The notes: a model not told the origin generated them from the sequence alone. A stretch of 64,000 bases of DNA from an uncultured delta proteobacterium (GCA_963789265.1 CAWBKB010000001.1:1216001-1280000), one strand, 5' to 3'; numbered from the stretch's first letter, positions 1 through 10,828 are shown. Program-made: numbers and translations.

Positions 1-588
1 AAATGGGTTGCCGGCTGGCCGAATGGGTATGCTTCAGCATTTCACAACCTTGCGGCATACTACCATCAGGCGGTCCTGGAAATTCGCCGCATGCGAAAAC
101 CGGTGATTGCCGCAATCAACGGAATCGCGGCCGGGGGAGGGTTCTCGTTGGCGCTCGCGTGCGATTTCCGTATCATGGCGAAGTCTGCGGTTATGAGGCA
201 GGCATATACCTCCAACGGATTATCCATTGACGGCGGAGGGACTTTCACTCTCCCAAGACTCGTCGGGTTGGCCCGTGCCATGGAAATAGCGGCTTTCGAC
301 AAACCCATCACTGCAAAGCAAGCTCTGAAGTGGGGCCTGATAACCAGAATCGTAGAAGACGGGGAAGCTCGGCAAGAAGCCATAAAGATGGCCGAAGACT
401 TGGCCCGGGGCTCGTTGCAGTCTTTTGGGGCTTCCAAGCAGCTTCTAACAGATTCATTCAGCAATTCTTTGGAGACTCACCTCGAGTTGGAGAGGAGCGC
501 GCTGCGATCGTGTGCGGCGCATCCCGGCGGGAAAGAAGGCCTGGCAGCGTTCGTGGAAAAGCGCAAGCCTGTATTCGGTCGGCTGTGA
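1..588 (+). CDS. Enoyl-CoA hydratase/isomerase family protein (5'-truncated by window edge)
   Basis: Frame open from base 1; KPVIAAINGIAAGGGFSLALACDFRI and EGLAAFVEKRKPVF crotonase motifs. Confidence 0.92.
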   Translation, partial: KWVAGWPNGYASAFHNLAAYYHQAVLEIRRMRKPVIAAINGIAAGGGFSLALACDFRIMAKSAVMRQAYTSNGLSIDGGGTFTLPRLVGLARAMEIAAFDKPITAKQALKWGLITRIVEDGEARQEAIKMAEDLARGSLQSFGASKQLLTDSFSNSLETHLELERSALRSCAAHPGGKEGLAAFVEKRKPVFGRL

Positions 589-641
589 GGGATCCCGGAG
601 TTGTGGCAGTTTGGTGGGACAGACAAGATGTTGGGATCACA

Positions 642-901
642 GTAGGGTGGGCATCTTGCCCGCCATTAAATGACAGGCAGGATGCCTGTCCCACCAGATC
701 ATTAGTTGTCTACACGAGAATCCTTTAGGTAGTTGCGTAGGATGTGGTGAACCCCGCTGGGCGCGGGGGAACCGCATCTGTCAAGAAATGACAGCGAATC
801 CACTATTCCGCGCGGCAAGGCAGTACCTTCTTCAGCGGCGACGGGCATCTTGCCCGTCATTAAATGACAGGCTATCCCGCGCCTCGCGGGGCCGTCCCAC
901 C
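642..901. repeat. Cluster of REP/REPIN-like palindromes (642-695, 837-901)
   Basis: GTAG/GTGG-led hairpin GGGCATCTTGCCC plus GACAGGC..GCCTGTCCCACC; related copies at 4306-4361, 14421-14478, ~19873, ~34137, ~42257, ~44255, ~46648. Confidence 0.85.
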
Positions 902-911
902 AATCGCGTCA

Positions 912-1514
912 TCACCTTTCCCGCTCCTGACCCCACTTGAACGGATGTGATGTATTGCCGGTTCCATGATCGGTTGTCTGAGGTGCCGGACGACTTATTG
1001 CCCGTGGCGGCTTCAGGCTATTGGCGTTAGAAAGCGACTGACCGGCTTCAGGGGGAGGGGAAGTGATGCTCGCGGGAATCCCCGTGCGGTTAGTACTGGG
1101 TGACCGGGAAACGCTGAGTTCAGAAGCCTGTGGTCTGCTCTCCTTCAGTCGAGGCTTCGGAGCTATCGAAGCGGCGGGTCTGCTCTCTCTCAGCCGTGGC
1201 ACCGGGGCCATCGAGGACGCGGGCCTGCTTGCGCGACGCCGCAGTCGGATTTTGTGTGGATAGGGTGCGGGCTGCCCGCAGTTGAGGCACGGCCCCACAT
1301 CATGGCTGGGAATAGGTGGGTTGGGCGACTCATACTGCGGTAGGAAATCCATCGGGCCGAAACAGTAGCCGCAGCAGCAATCGTCAGGCGGGAAATAGTA
1401 AGGTGCGAAGTATACCCAGGGCCCGAATCTTGGCTCCGGGTACGACGCGGATTGTGCAGGAACCGCATAAACTATCATGAAAACGCATAGTAAAAGGATT
1501 TTACTTGTCCTCAT
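912..1514 (-). CDS. Hypothetical exported protein, Cys/Pro-rich N-half and Ser/Pro-rich low-complexity tail
   Basis: 200-aa ORF with signal-peptide-like N-terminus (MRTSKILLLCVFMIVYAVPAQS) and a consensus promoter upstream. Confidence 0.7.
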   Translation of the reverse strand: MRTSKILLLCVFMIVYAVPAQSASYPEPRFGPWVYFAPYYFPPDDCCCGYCFGPMDFLPQYESPNPPIPSHDVGPCLNCGQPAPYPHKIRLRRRASRPASSMAPVPRLRESRPAASIAPKPRLKESRPQASELSVSRSPSTNRTGIPASITSPPPEAGQSLSNANSLKPPRAISRPAPQTTDHGTGNTSHPFKWGQERER

Positions 1515-1568
1515 AAGCGTATCCTTACTTTATATACCGAAATACTTGTAAAAAATAACTACAGCTTT

Positions 1569-1598
1569 ATTATATCAATTATATCTTGACATTGTCAA
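1569..1598 (-). promoter_or_regulatory. Sigma70-type promoter for 912..1514
   Basis: Minus strand TTGACA-N18-TATAAT in an AT-rich tract; the -35 lies in the palindrome TTGACATTGTCAA (1586-1598). Confidence 0.7.
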
Positions 1599-1816
1599 CG
1601 TTTTATTAACAAAGTAAGTATCTATTTAAGTATCCATTCGCCCACGCGAGGATCCAGCCTGTAGAGGCACGGCATGGCGGCTGTCTCTAAAGTGCAGGCC
1701 GAGTCGAGATCGTGACACGAAAGTGGCGAGAGTTCTGGTTCCCAATCTCGCGTGTCACGGGACTGGGAACGAGAAAATGTTTTTTCCTCGTAACCATTCA
1801 TTTACCGGCGGGAAAA

Positions 1817-1913
1817 TGTCATTGCGAGGAGCAAAGCGACGAAGCAATCTCGGTTTTGGACGCTCTCCAGAAAAGAGATTGCTTTCCCGCGTTCCGCTGG
1901 ACTCGCAATGACA
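1817..1913. repeat. TGTCATTGCGAG...CTCGCAATGACA palindromic element
   Basis: Terminal inverted repeat with inner GAAGCAATCT/AGATTGCTT stem; other copies at 4266-4400, 14356-14498, 50873-50952. Confidence 0.9.
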
Positions 1914-2072
1914 CCGGTCGGAACAGATCGATGCCCCCAAATAACTGAAAGGATGCTTTTCCTCGCTTTTGAAGCTTGACTCACGGGGAGATATTATGAT
2001 TTAGTAAATAATTTATGAGCACAAGTTCGGACGTCGGAAGTCGTCCGGTGTCCCGTTTCCCAAGGGGTTCCA

Positions 2073-4157
2073 ATGAAGCAGTACAAAACCGAGGACGTGC
2101 GTAATGTTGCGGTCGTTTCCCACGCCGGTTCAGGGAAGACGACACTGTGTGAAGCCATGCTCTTTGATGCCGGAGCAGTTGATCGTCTGGCCAAGGTCAC
2201 CGACGGGTCTTCAAATTTCGATTTCGAACCTGAAGAGGTGAAGCGAGGTCTCACGATAAGTACTGCACTGTTCACGGCTGAATGGAAGAAAAAAAAGATC
2301 AACATCCTGGACACTCCCGGTGACCCGAATTTTGCCGCTGAGGTAACTGCTGCACTGCAGGCAGCAGACATAGCCATCCTGGCGGTGGATGCAGTGGATG
2401 CGGTCAAACCGCTGACCGAAAAAGTATGGGCAGGGATTGAGGCCGCCGGCTGTCCCAGGCTCCTTGTCATAACTAAGATGGACAGAGACAGAGCTGACTT
2501 CGATAATGTGGTCAACAACGTCAAAGAGACTTTCAAAGTAAAGCCTCTAGTTTTACAGGTTCCTATTGGTAGGGAAAGCGCGTTCCAAGGAGTAATCGAC
2601 CTGCTTTCCATGAAAGCTGTGACGTTCGATGGAGATGGCAGGAACCCATCCAAAGTCGATATCCCGGACGAGTTGAAAGATGAAGCCGGATCAAGGCGCG
2701 AAGTCCTCATCGAAGACCTCGCCGAGGTTGATGACGCGCTTATGGAACGCTATCTGGAAGGGGACGAACTTGGGCCGGAAGAACTTGCAGCGGCTCTTCG
2801 AGAGGGGATACTCCGCAGAGTCTTTTTGCCGGTGCTCGCATGTTCCGGGTCTTTGAACAAGGGCATCCAACCGGTTCTGGACATTATAGCCGATGCGTGC
2901 CCTTCGCCCGCGGAAATGCCGGCCGTCGTCGGAATCACTCCAGCGGGTGAGGAAGCGTCGCGGGCTCCATCGCCTGACGAACCCTTCTGCGGGTACGTGT
3001 TCAAAACTCTCGCCGACCCCTACGCCGGAAGGCTCTCCCTCTTTCGTATTTTCTCCGGAACACTTACTGCTGATTCGAACTTCCTCAATGCAAGCCGAGG
3101 AGTCAAAGAGAGATTCGGCCAACTTCTAACTGTTCAGGGGAAGCACCAGAAACCGCTGGAATCGGCTCAAGCAGGAGACATTGTGGCGGTGGCGAAACTG
3201 AAAGAGACACTTAGCGGGGACACGCTGACGGACGAAAAAGCTCCGATAAAGATCCCGGTTGTCGCCCTTCCTCAAGCAGTTATATCCTTTGCCATAGAGC
3301 CCAAAGCGAAAGGGGATGAAGAAAAGATCACCCAGAGCCTTGCCAAGCTCGTGGAGGAAGACCCCACTCTAACCATAAGCAGAGATCCTCGGACTAATGA
3401 GTTTCTTATCTCAGGAATGGGGCAGGTGCATATTGAGGTAGTTGTAGAAAAACTGAAGCGAAAATTCGGTGTGGATGTAAACCTCAATACTCCGAAGATT
3501 CCTTATAAGGAGACAATCAAGGGGAAGGCCAAGGTCGAAGGCAAACTCAAGAAGCAGACCGGTGGCCGGGGTCAATTCGCCGTGGCCTGGCTTGAGCTAG
3601 AACCGCTCGGCCGCGGCCAGGGCTTTGAGTTTGTGGACAAAATAGTGGGTGGCGTCATTCCTCGCCAGTACATCCCGGCTGTGGAAAAAGGGGTGATCGA
3701 GGCCATGCAAGGGGGCGCATTGGCCGGGTATCCTGTCATTGATGTCAGAGTGACGGTCTTTGACGGGAAGTACCATGATGTGGATTCCTCGGAGCAAGCG
3801 TTCAAGATTGCCGCATCCAAAGGATTCAAGAAGGGCGTGCTTCAATCCACTCCGGTGCTGTTGGAACCCATCATGAACATGGAGATCATCGTGCCTGAAG
3901 ACTGCATGGGCGACGTGATGGGGGACTTAAATCCGCGGCGGGGCCGAATCAGCGGCATGGACGCGAGAGGAGGCAGCCAGGTTATCAAGGCCCAGGTGCC
4001 GATGTCTGAAGTTCTGAAGTACGCTTCGGATCTGACGTCCATGACTTCGGGGCGTGGCATCTTTTCGATGGAATTTTCGCATTACGAAGAGGTTCCCGCA
4101 CACATCACAGAGAAGATAGTGGAAGCCTCCGGCAAGACAGCGGAAGAAGAGGACTGA
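2073..4157 (+). CDS. fusA: Elongation factor G paralogue (EF-G2-like)
   Basis: 694 aa; SHAGSGKT, RGLTI, DTPG, TKMD, GMGQVH, KKQTGGRGQF, YHDVDSSE, LLEPIM; not in a str operon. Confidence 0.92.
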   Translation: MKQYKTEDVRNVAVVSHAGSGKTTLCEAMLFDAGAVDRLAKVTDGSSNFDFEPEEVKRGLTISTALFTAEWKKKKINILDTPGDPNFAAEVTAALQAADIAILAVDAVDAVKPLTEKVWAGIEAAGCPRLLVITKMDRDRADFDNVVNNVKETFKVKPLVLQVPIGRESAFQGVIDLLSMKAVTFDGDGRNPSKVDIPDELKDEAGSRREVLIEDLAEVDDALMERYLEGDELGPEELAAALREGILRRVFLPVLACSGSLNKGIQPVLDIIADACPSPAEMPAVVGITPAGEEASRAPSPDEPFCGYVFKTLADPYAGRLSLFRIFSGTLTADSNFLNASRGVKERFGQLLTVQGKHQKPLESAQAGDIVAVAKLKETLSGDTLTDEKAPIKIPVVALPQAVISFAIEPKAKGDEEKITQSLAKLVEEDPTLTISRDPRTNEFLISGMGQVHIEVVVEKLKRKFGVDVNLNTPKIPYKETIKGKAKVEGKLKKQTGGRGQFAVAWLELEPLGRGQGFEFVDKIVGGVIPRQYIPAVEKGVIEAMQGGALAGYPVIDVRVTVFDGKYHDVDSSEQAFKIAASKGFKKGVLQSTPVLLEPIMNMEIIVPEDCMGDVMGDLNPRRGRISGMDARGGSQVIKAQVPMSEVLKYASDLTSMTSGRGIFSMEFSHYEEVPAHITEKIVEASGKTAEEED

Positions 4158-4265
4158 GAAAAGTGTAAGGGCCGAGGGACGTGAAGCAAGTAGAGCCGGG
4201 GAACACTTTTCTACACAAAAGATTATGCCTTTAGCTCCGTTTGAGGATACGAGGGGCGACGAATA

Positions 4266-4400
4266 TGTCATTGCGAGGGCTCTAGCCCGAAGCAATCTCA
4301 TCTTCGGTAGGACCGGCATCTTGCCGGTCATTCTAATAGACAGGCTGGAGCCTGTCCCACCAATGGAGATTGCTTCGTCGTTTCACTCCTCGCAATGACA
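4266..4400. repeat. TGTCATTGCGAG element with a REP doublet nested in its loop (4306-4361)
   Basis: Direct sequence match to both repeat families. Confidence 0.88.
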
Positions 4401-4537
4401 ATACTGGACGACCGCATCCTGAAACAAAGCTTGCGCGCCACAATTCCACAAAATCAGCAAAGTCTGCGGAGCAAAGGAAACAGTCTATTACACAAAAAAG
4501 GGTTCCCTGGTAACTTTCCTAGAAATCGAGGTATTGA

Positions 4538-4975
4538 ATGTCTGTAGGAACTATAGTAGCGGTATGCACGAGCAAGAAGAAGGGGACGCCTAAAGCTGAT
4601 GCGGGATCCGGCCTCCTGGAAGAGGGGTTTGGGCTGAAAGGCGATGCTCACGGCGGCGACTGGCACCGGCAGGTTTCTTTGCTTTCCATTGAACAGATCG
4701 AGACCATGAAAGCCAAAGGGCTTGACGTCAAACCCGGGAGCTTTGCGGAGAATTTCACGACGAGCGGCTTTGACCTAGCGTCAGTCAAAGTTGGGGATCG
4801 ATTAAAAATAGGTGAAGAGGCCCTGATAGAGGTCACGCAGATTGGAAAGGAATGTCACACTCGCTGCGCGATCTACAATAAAATAGGGGAATGCATCATG
4901 CCGGAGCAGGGGGTTTTTGCCAAGGTGATCAACGGCGGGACTGTGAGGCGCGGTGATTCTATCGGTTTTGCCTGA
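4538..4975 (+). CDS. MOSC domain protein
   Basis: GLKGDAH, RQVSLL, FAENF, QIGKECH motifs. Confidence 0.9.
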   Translation: MSVGTIVAVCTSKKKGTPKADAGSGLLEEGFGLKGDAHGGDWHRQVSLLSIEQIETMKAKGLDVKPGSFAENFTTSGFDLASVKVGDRLKIGEEALIEVTQIGKECHTRCAIYNKIGECIMPEQGVFAKVINGGTVRRGDSIGFA

Positions 4976-5054
4976 CGAAGAAGATCTTCCCGAATTGCCG
5001 CCCGGACAACGGGGTTGACACATTTGCCGTCCTTGTAGTATATGTTTCGATGAT

Positions 5055-5129
<75 letters not shown>

Positions 5130-5246
5130 CTAACTGACTAATATCATTAAGAGCGACCCCCGAAAAAGTGAGCAGCAAATGGGCAGCTACTTTGACGGGG
5201 GTTCTTGGTATCGGACCGGCCGAACTAGTCACTTTAGCTCAGAATA

Positions 5247-6131
5247 TTAAGGCCGGGTTCGCTTATTGGCTCGAAGAGCATTCTTCAGTATAGTCACCCA
5301 CTGCCAAACATCCAGGCCGATCAGGATTGAGGCTCGGTGTATCGGCCCCATGTCCGCAAAATGGATCTTTCGATAGAACAGCTTTGTTGACTTGAACATT
5401 TCCCGGATCATGGCGGAACTTTTCTGGTTCCCGCTCTGCCCTTTCAAGTGAACAGTAGTTGCTTCGGGGTGGTAAACAATTTTCCAGCCGGCCTTCCCGA
5501 AACGATAGCACCAGTCCAGGTCTTCGCAGTACATGAAGTAGTCCTCATCTAGGAGGCCGACTTCCTCAACGGCTTCACGTCGCGCGAACATAAAAGCTCC
5601 GTTGATTGCATCCACCGGACAGGTTTCATGGTCGTCCAAGTACGTGAGATTGTATCTAGCCAGCAGGCGGCTGTTGGGAAACCAGTGGCTCAGGCCGGAC
5701 GCGCGGCAAAAGCCGTCCCACAATGATGGAAATGCACGGCGACAGGCGAGGTCGAGCGATCCATCGCCGGTGACGAGCCTGCAAGAGACCATGCCCACAT
5801 CTTTTTGCCGGTTCATAAAGCTGACCATTTTAGACAATACATCCGGTTCAACGACGGTATCCGGATTCAGGAGAAGAATGTACCTGCCGGTGCACAGTCG
5901 GATCGCCTGATTATTGGCCCGGCTGAATCCGGCGTTAGTCTTATTCGCCAGGACCCTGCATTGCGGGAACTCTCGCCGTATTGCATCAACTGTTCCGTCG
6001 ATGGACGCGTTGTCCACGACGAAACCTTCAACTTCGACATCTCCTGTAGAAGAATATACGGAGCGAAGGCAATTAATCAGTATATTCCTAGTGTTATAAC
6101 TCACTATAATAACGGAGATTCTAGTCATCAC
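5247..6131 (-). CDS. Glycosyltransferase family 2 (WbbL-like)
   Basis: SVIIVSYNT, VVDNAS.DGT, LLLNPD, YFMYCEDLDWC. Confidence 0.92.
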   Translation of the reverse strand: MMTRISVIIVSYNTRNILINCLRSVYSSTGDVEVEGFVVDNASIDGTVDAIRREFPQCRVLANKTNAGFSRANNQAIRLCTGRYILLLNPDTVVEPDVLSKMVSFMNRQKDVGMVSCRLVTGDGSLDLACRRAFPSLWDGFCRASGLSHWFPNSRLLARYNLTYLDDHETCPVDAINGAFMFARREAVEEVGLLDEDYFMYCEDLDWCYRFGKAGWKIVYHPEATTVHLKGQSGNQKSSAMIREMFKSTKLFYRKIHFADMGPIHRASILIGLDVWQWVTILKNALRANKRTRP

Positions 6132-6132
6132 T

Positions 6133-7323
6133 CTATTTGGCTGGCCTCCGAGAGGACAAAAGCTCTTCTATGATTTTCTTGTGTTCAGGCCACAGTCGGT
6201 CGCGAGTGAACCGTGCGGCCCGTTCTTTACCTCGTCTGACCAATTCGTTAGCAAGTTCTTGGTCCCTCAGAATACGAACGACTGCCGCACCAAGCTCCTT
6301 GGGATTGCCGGGCGTATGGAGTAATGCCGCCGGCGGGTTTCCCACAATTTCAAGTGGTCCGCCAATTGCCGGGGCAACTAGAGGCGTACCGTACCACAGC
6401 GCCTCAAGCACGGTAAACCCAAAAGCTTCCGGTACGGTAGAGCAGCAAACAACGGTGCTGGCGGCCCGCACAAGCGAGCCCAGGTCTTCCGCGTGCCCCG
6501 CGAAAAATACTCTTTCTGACAGGCCGGCCTTGTGGATTCGAGCACGGAGTTGCTCGGGATATTTTTCCCGGCCCCTACCCTTTACTACGTCACCCACAAA
6601 AAGAATGGTTGCCTCGGGAAGCTCCTTCAGGATCTTCGGGGCGGCCTCCACCAGGACGTGCTGCCCTTTCAGGGGCTCCATACGAGCCGGCATGAGCACA
6701 ACCCGGGCAGATGTATCAATGCCGAAACGTTTGAATGGATTGGCGCCGCCATTATGCGTGCCGGGGCCTATGTTGTCCTCGTGCCAGTCGTACACGGTAA
6801 GAACTCGATCTTGAAAACGTGGCAAATCACTGAAATCTGCACGTCGAACTGCTTCGGATACGCATAGCACCCTATCCGAGGCCCAGGCAAGCAAGGTCAT
6901 GTACTGACGTCGAATCCATGCGGGGAGCCTGAAAACAAAGCGCATGCGCATGAATCGTGGCAAGCCGAGAAAGCGTCCTGCCAGCATAGCAGGCAATTCA
7001 TTAAAATCGTTGGCAACCACCAGATCGGCCCTCTCGCGGGAGAACAGTCGTACCAGGCGCACCGTAGTTACAAAGAGAGCCAGCACCCATTTGGGATAAA
7101 AGAACGGGTTTAGAGAGCGAGAGAGGCGAGGCATGGGGACCTGATGAACCGTGACATTCTCTCTTTCATATCGTTCACTGATAAGATTGTCTCGCGAAAT
7201 CACTACCACAGGATCGTAACCTTCGTCCCTGCAAGCACGCACAACGCGCCACATGGCGACATCCGATCCGCCCACGTCGTCGTTGTTGCTGTGTACAAAC
7301 GCAATCTTAGGCATATAACGCAT
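6133..7323 (-). CDS. Glycosyltransferase family 4
   Basis: GG loop, RMEPLKGQ, EAFGFTVLEA. Confidence 0.9.
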   Translation of the reverse strand: MRYMPKIAFVHSNNDDVGGSDVAMWRVVRACRDEGYDPVVVISRDNLISERYERENVTVHQVPMPRLSRSLNPFFYPKWVLALFVTTVRLVRLFSRERADLVVANDFNELPAMLAGRFLGLPRFMRMRFVFRLPAWIRRQYMTLLAWASDRVLCVSEAVRRADFSDLPRFQDRVLTVYDWHEDNIGPGTHNGGANPFKRFGIDTSARVVLMPARMEPLKGQHVLVEAAPKILKELPEATILFVGDVVKGRGREKYPEQLRARIHKAGLSERVFFAGHAEDLGSLVRAASTVVCCSTVPEAFGFTVLEALWYGTPLVAPAIGGPLEIVGNPPAALLHTPGNPKELGAAVVRILRDQELANELVRRGKERAARFTRDRLWPEHKKIIEELLSSRRPAK

Positions 7324-7372
7324 GTACCGGGGATCTAGGGTTTGGGAAGCCCCTACGACCCTCGTCTTCTCC

Positions 7373-8215
7373 TCACATCCTGGTCCACACGGGTGGTCGC
7401 CCGGTTAGTTGACGGTAGAAATCACCGATTCGACAGAACGCCTCGTGTCCCACGCATCGCTGGATTGAGTATCTGGCCAATGCCTTCGTAAACACCCAAA
7501 GCCAGGCTGGAGGATGAACCGGGAAACCGTTCAGCTTTCTGGCGCGAGCTTCTTCCATTGGAACATGAAGCGCTTCAGCCGGCTTCGAACTGGCCCCACC
7601 CAACTGAATCGCAGCCACGATTATATCTGCCATAAACCTAGCGGGCCGATCTTTCAACTCACGAAGCAGCATCTCGTAATCGCCCGACACGCGAAAGGAC
7701 TCGTCGAAGCCGCCGCGACTTTCGAAAAGAGAGCGCTTATGGAATATACCCTGATGACAGATCGGCATTACTTTGTGGAGCTTGCGCCTCGTTAGCTCAT
7801 AGTTTTCACCTTGAATGGCCAGCACCTGACCGGTACGCGACACTATTGCCACTTTACCGTAGACGATCCTTATCTCGGGTTCACAAGTCATCAGATTCTC
7901 GGCTACACGGCTCAAGACCTCGAGGTCCATAAGATAGTCGTCCGCCCCCAGGAAGTAGATCCACTCGCCCCCGGCATGGGCGATCCCTTTGTTAAAGGCG
8001 TGGTAAATTCCGCGATCGGGACAGGATTCCCAGTAAGATAGTTGACCAGCGTTCGTCTGCAGAATATCTACAGTGCCGTCGGTAGAGCCACCGTCGATAA
8101 TGATGAGTTCCTTGCGTGGATATGTCTGGTTGGCAACGCTGTCAATACAGCGTTGTAGCGTAGCCTCCCGATTGTATACCGCCACGATTGTCGAAATTTG
8201 CGGTTGCAAGAGCAT
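7373..8215 (-). CDS. Glycosyltransferase family 2 (WcaE-like)
   Basis: IIDGGSTDGT, DRGIYHAFNKG, FLGADD, CHQGIF; start uncertain (ORF extends to 8284). Confidence 0.9.
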   Translation of the reverse strand: MLLQPQISTIVAVYNREATLQRCIDSVANQTYPRKELIIIDGGSTDGTVDILQTNAGQLSYWESCPDRGIYHAFNKGIAHAGGEWIYFLGADDYLMDLEVLSRVAENLMTCEPEIRIVYGKVAIVSRTGQVLAIQGENYELTRRKLHKVMPICHQGIFHKRSLFESRGGFDESFRVSGDYEMLLRELKDRPARFMADIIVAAIQLGGASSKPAEALHVPMEEARARKLNGFPVHPPAWLWVFTKALARYSIQRCVGHEAFCRIGDFYRQLTGRPPVWTRM

Positions 8216-8365
8216 GAAAGGCCGCCTCGCTACTTCGAAGGAAATTCGATTGGCGCAGGACCAATTACTGGTTTTCGCAAACACCGTCGCGTATTCAGAA
8301 CCCTCTTTCGGTGGGACCGGCCTCCCCCGCGGGACGCGGGGACAATTACGGTCCGCCGGCAGGGA

Positions 8366-8575
8366 GAAAGTGTCTCAAAACTAATTTGATGCCCAGAATC
8401 GTGCCACGATTAAGCCTGGTCAGCATTTTCGGTGCCCTCACCCCAGCCCTCTCCCAGAGGGAGAGGGAGCTGATCCAAGGGCTCTATTAGCGTCCCCTCG
8501 CCCTTTGGGAGAGGGTTAGGGTGAGGGAATTTCGTGTTACGATTGCGTCCAGTTCAAGAATTTTGAGACAGTTTC
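8366..8575. mobile_element. MITE family A (210 bp) inserted in a REP hairpin
   Basis: TIRs GAAAGTGTCTCAAAA / TTTTGAGACAGTTTC; 4-bp duplication GGGA (8362-65, 8576-79); internal CCCTCTCCC..GGGAGAGGG hairpins; second copy at 32419-32627. Confidence 0.88.
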
Positions 8576-8797
8576 GGGACGCGGGCGCTACCGTACAATT
8601 GGCACTGTACTTGTGAAACTCTGAACTAAGTCCTTAAAAAGTTAACCGTAGCACAAACCCCTCCAAAAGTCATTTAAGAGACGAGTCCCAGGGGCTCGGG
8701 AAAAGGGCCGATTCTTGACTGGATTGTCTCATCGTGTTATTTGTAGGCTGCTTATCGTCTGACGAGAACGCGTTGATACAATTTGGAAAGTTTCCTG

Positions 8798-9881
8798 ATG
8801 AATTTGGCTTCGGATAAACGAGCACTTGTAACAGGAGTCACTGGTCAAGACGGTGCCTATCTCTTAGAGTTCCTGCTCAAGAAGGGGTACCAGGTCTGTG
8901 GAGTCAAACGGCGTGCATCTCTGATCAATACCCAGCGGATTGATGGATTATACCAGGATCCTCATGTAGATGATCGGCATCTTATTCTCGAATACGGCGA
9001 TATGACCGATTCCACCAATCTTATTCGCATAATCCAACAGTTTCAGCCGACCGAAATCTACAATCTTGCCGCACAGAGTCATGTGAAGGTATCATTTGAG
9101 ACTGCCGAATATACCGCAAATGCGGATGCGTTAGGAACATTGCGTCTCTTGGAAGCTATCCGCATTCTGGACCTCGGGAAGAGGGTTCGCTTTTACCAGG
9201 CCTCAACGAGCGAACTCTTCGGCCTCGTGCAAGAGAGCCCTCAGCGAGAAACCACGCCATTTTATCCAAGAAGCCCATACGCGGTGGCGAAACTGTACGG
9301 ATACTGGATAGCTCGTAACTACAGAGAAGCTTACGGTTTCTTTACCTGCAATGGAATACTTTTCAATCACGAATCTCCCATGCGCGGGGAGACCTTTGTA
9401 ACCCGAAAGATCACCCGTGCGGTGGCTCGCATCAAGCTCGAAATGCAAGACAGCCTCTACCTCGGAAATCTGAACGCTCGACGCGACTGGGGATATGCCG
9501 CGGACTATGTCGAGGCTATGTGGCTTATCGTACAGCATCATGAACCGGACGATTTCGTTGTGGCTACCGGAGAAAACCATTCTGTCAGGGAATTTGTGGA
9601 ACGTGCCTTCAAGGAAGTCGGGATCAAGATTGCCTGGCAGGGGGAGGGGATAGACGAAAAAGGCATTGACGCGGGAAACCGGCCGCACACTAGTGGCTGT
9701 AGATCCCCGATACTTCCGTCCCACCGAGGTGAATGAATTGCTCGGAGACGCGACAAAAGCCCGAGATGTGCTTGGCTGGAAACCAAGGGTCACTTTCTCC
9801 GAGCTTGTCAGACGTATGGTAGTGGCTGATCTCCGAGAGGCCGAAAAGGAACAGCTCTGTCGAACTGCGGGCTTCCAATAA
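8798..9881 (+). CDS. gmd: GDP-mannose 4,6-dehydratase (one-base frameshift ~9673-9675)
   Basis: [32 protein letters not shown]-terminus [11 protein letters not shown] continues in a second frame. Confidence 0.95.
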
Positions 9882-10828
9882 TGATACTCAGCAAGCCTTC
9901 ACTTAGAATCTATGTGGCCGGTCACACGGGGATGGTAGGATCCGCCATTTGCAGACGCCTCGCCCGGTCCGGCTACTCGGTCATGAAACCTGCCTCCCGG
10001 GTGGATCTGTGCGATCAGCAGGCTACTCAGAAGTTGCTCGGCGAATTGAAGCCCGACTGGATATTTTTGGCCGCGGCCAAGGTCGGAGGCATTCATGCCA
10101 ACAATACGTACCCGGCTCAATTCATCTATCAAAACCTGACCATTCAAACCAATGTCATTCATGCGGCATACGTGAACAAGGTCAAGAAGCTCCTTTTCCT
10201 CGGCAGTTCGTGCATCTACCCCAAGCTGGCACCGCAGCCCATCAAGGAAGAATATCTGTTGAGCGGTTACCTGGAGCCCACCAACGAAGCGTATTCGATT
10301 GCCAAGATAGCCGGCATCATCATGTGCCAATCATATAACAGGGAGTACGGAACAAATTTCATTTCCCTAATGCCGACCAACTTGTACGGCCCGGGAGACA
10401 ATTTCGATCTGCAGAACGCCCATGTCATCCCCGCATTACTTCGGAAGACCCATGAGGCTCACGAATCGGGAGCGGAATACGTGGAGATCTGGGGGAGCGG
10501 CAGGCCGCGTCGGGAGTTCCTGCATGTGGATGATCTCGCAGATGCCTGTGTGTTCATGATGGAAAATTATGATTCGCATGAAATTGTCAACATAGGAGCC
10601 GGTATTGACATTACTATCCACGATCTGGCTCTGCTTATTAAGGACGTAGTTGGGTACAAGGGAGATATCCGGTTCAACTCAAATATGCCCGACGGCACTC
10701 CACAAAAGCTTCTTAATGTGAGCCGAATATCTGAACTCGGTTGGAAGCCCTCAATACCATTGAGAGAAGGACTGGGGGCCACGTACAGGTGGTTCATTGC
10801 TAATCGGCAAAGTGTGCGGGAAATTTGA
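9881..10828 (+). CDS. fcl: GDP-L-fucose synthase
   Basis: AGHTGMVGSA, AAKVGGI, GSSCIYP, YSIAK, RREFLHVDD; coupled to gmd. Confidence 0.96.
   Translation: MILSKPSLRIYVAGHTGMVGSAICRRLARSGYSVMKPASRVDLCDQQATQKLLGELKPDWIFLAAAKVGGIHANNTYPAQFIYQNLTIQTNVIHAAYVNKVKKLLFLGSSCIYPKLAPQPIKEEYLLSGYLEPTNEAYSIAKIAGIIMCQSYNREYGTNFISLMPTNLYGPGDNFDLQNAHVIPALLRKTHEAHESGAEYVEIWGSGRPRREFLHVDDLADACVFMMENYDSHEIVNIGAGIDITIHDLALLIKDVVGYKGDIRFNSNMPDGTPQKLLNVSRISELGWKPSIPLREGLGATYRWFIANRQSVREI

Noticed and set aside
917..927. TTTCCCGCTCC identical to the tRNA-Gly 3' end (possible att site)
   Set aside because: Only 11 bp, upstream of the tRNA, inside a CDS, enclosing housekeeping genes with no integrase
1712..1984. Short ORFs over palindromic repeats (also 32401-32697, 44492-45061, 50676-51029, 62324-63040) and antisense ORFs within genes
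   Set aside because: They are translations of repeat elements or shadow frames, lacking SD or domain evidence
8600..8616. TGGCACTGTACTTGT as a sigma54 promoter for gmd
   Set aside because: The -12 element is GT, not GC, and it abuts repeat DNA
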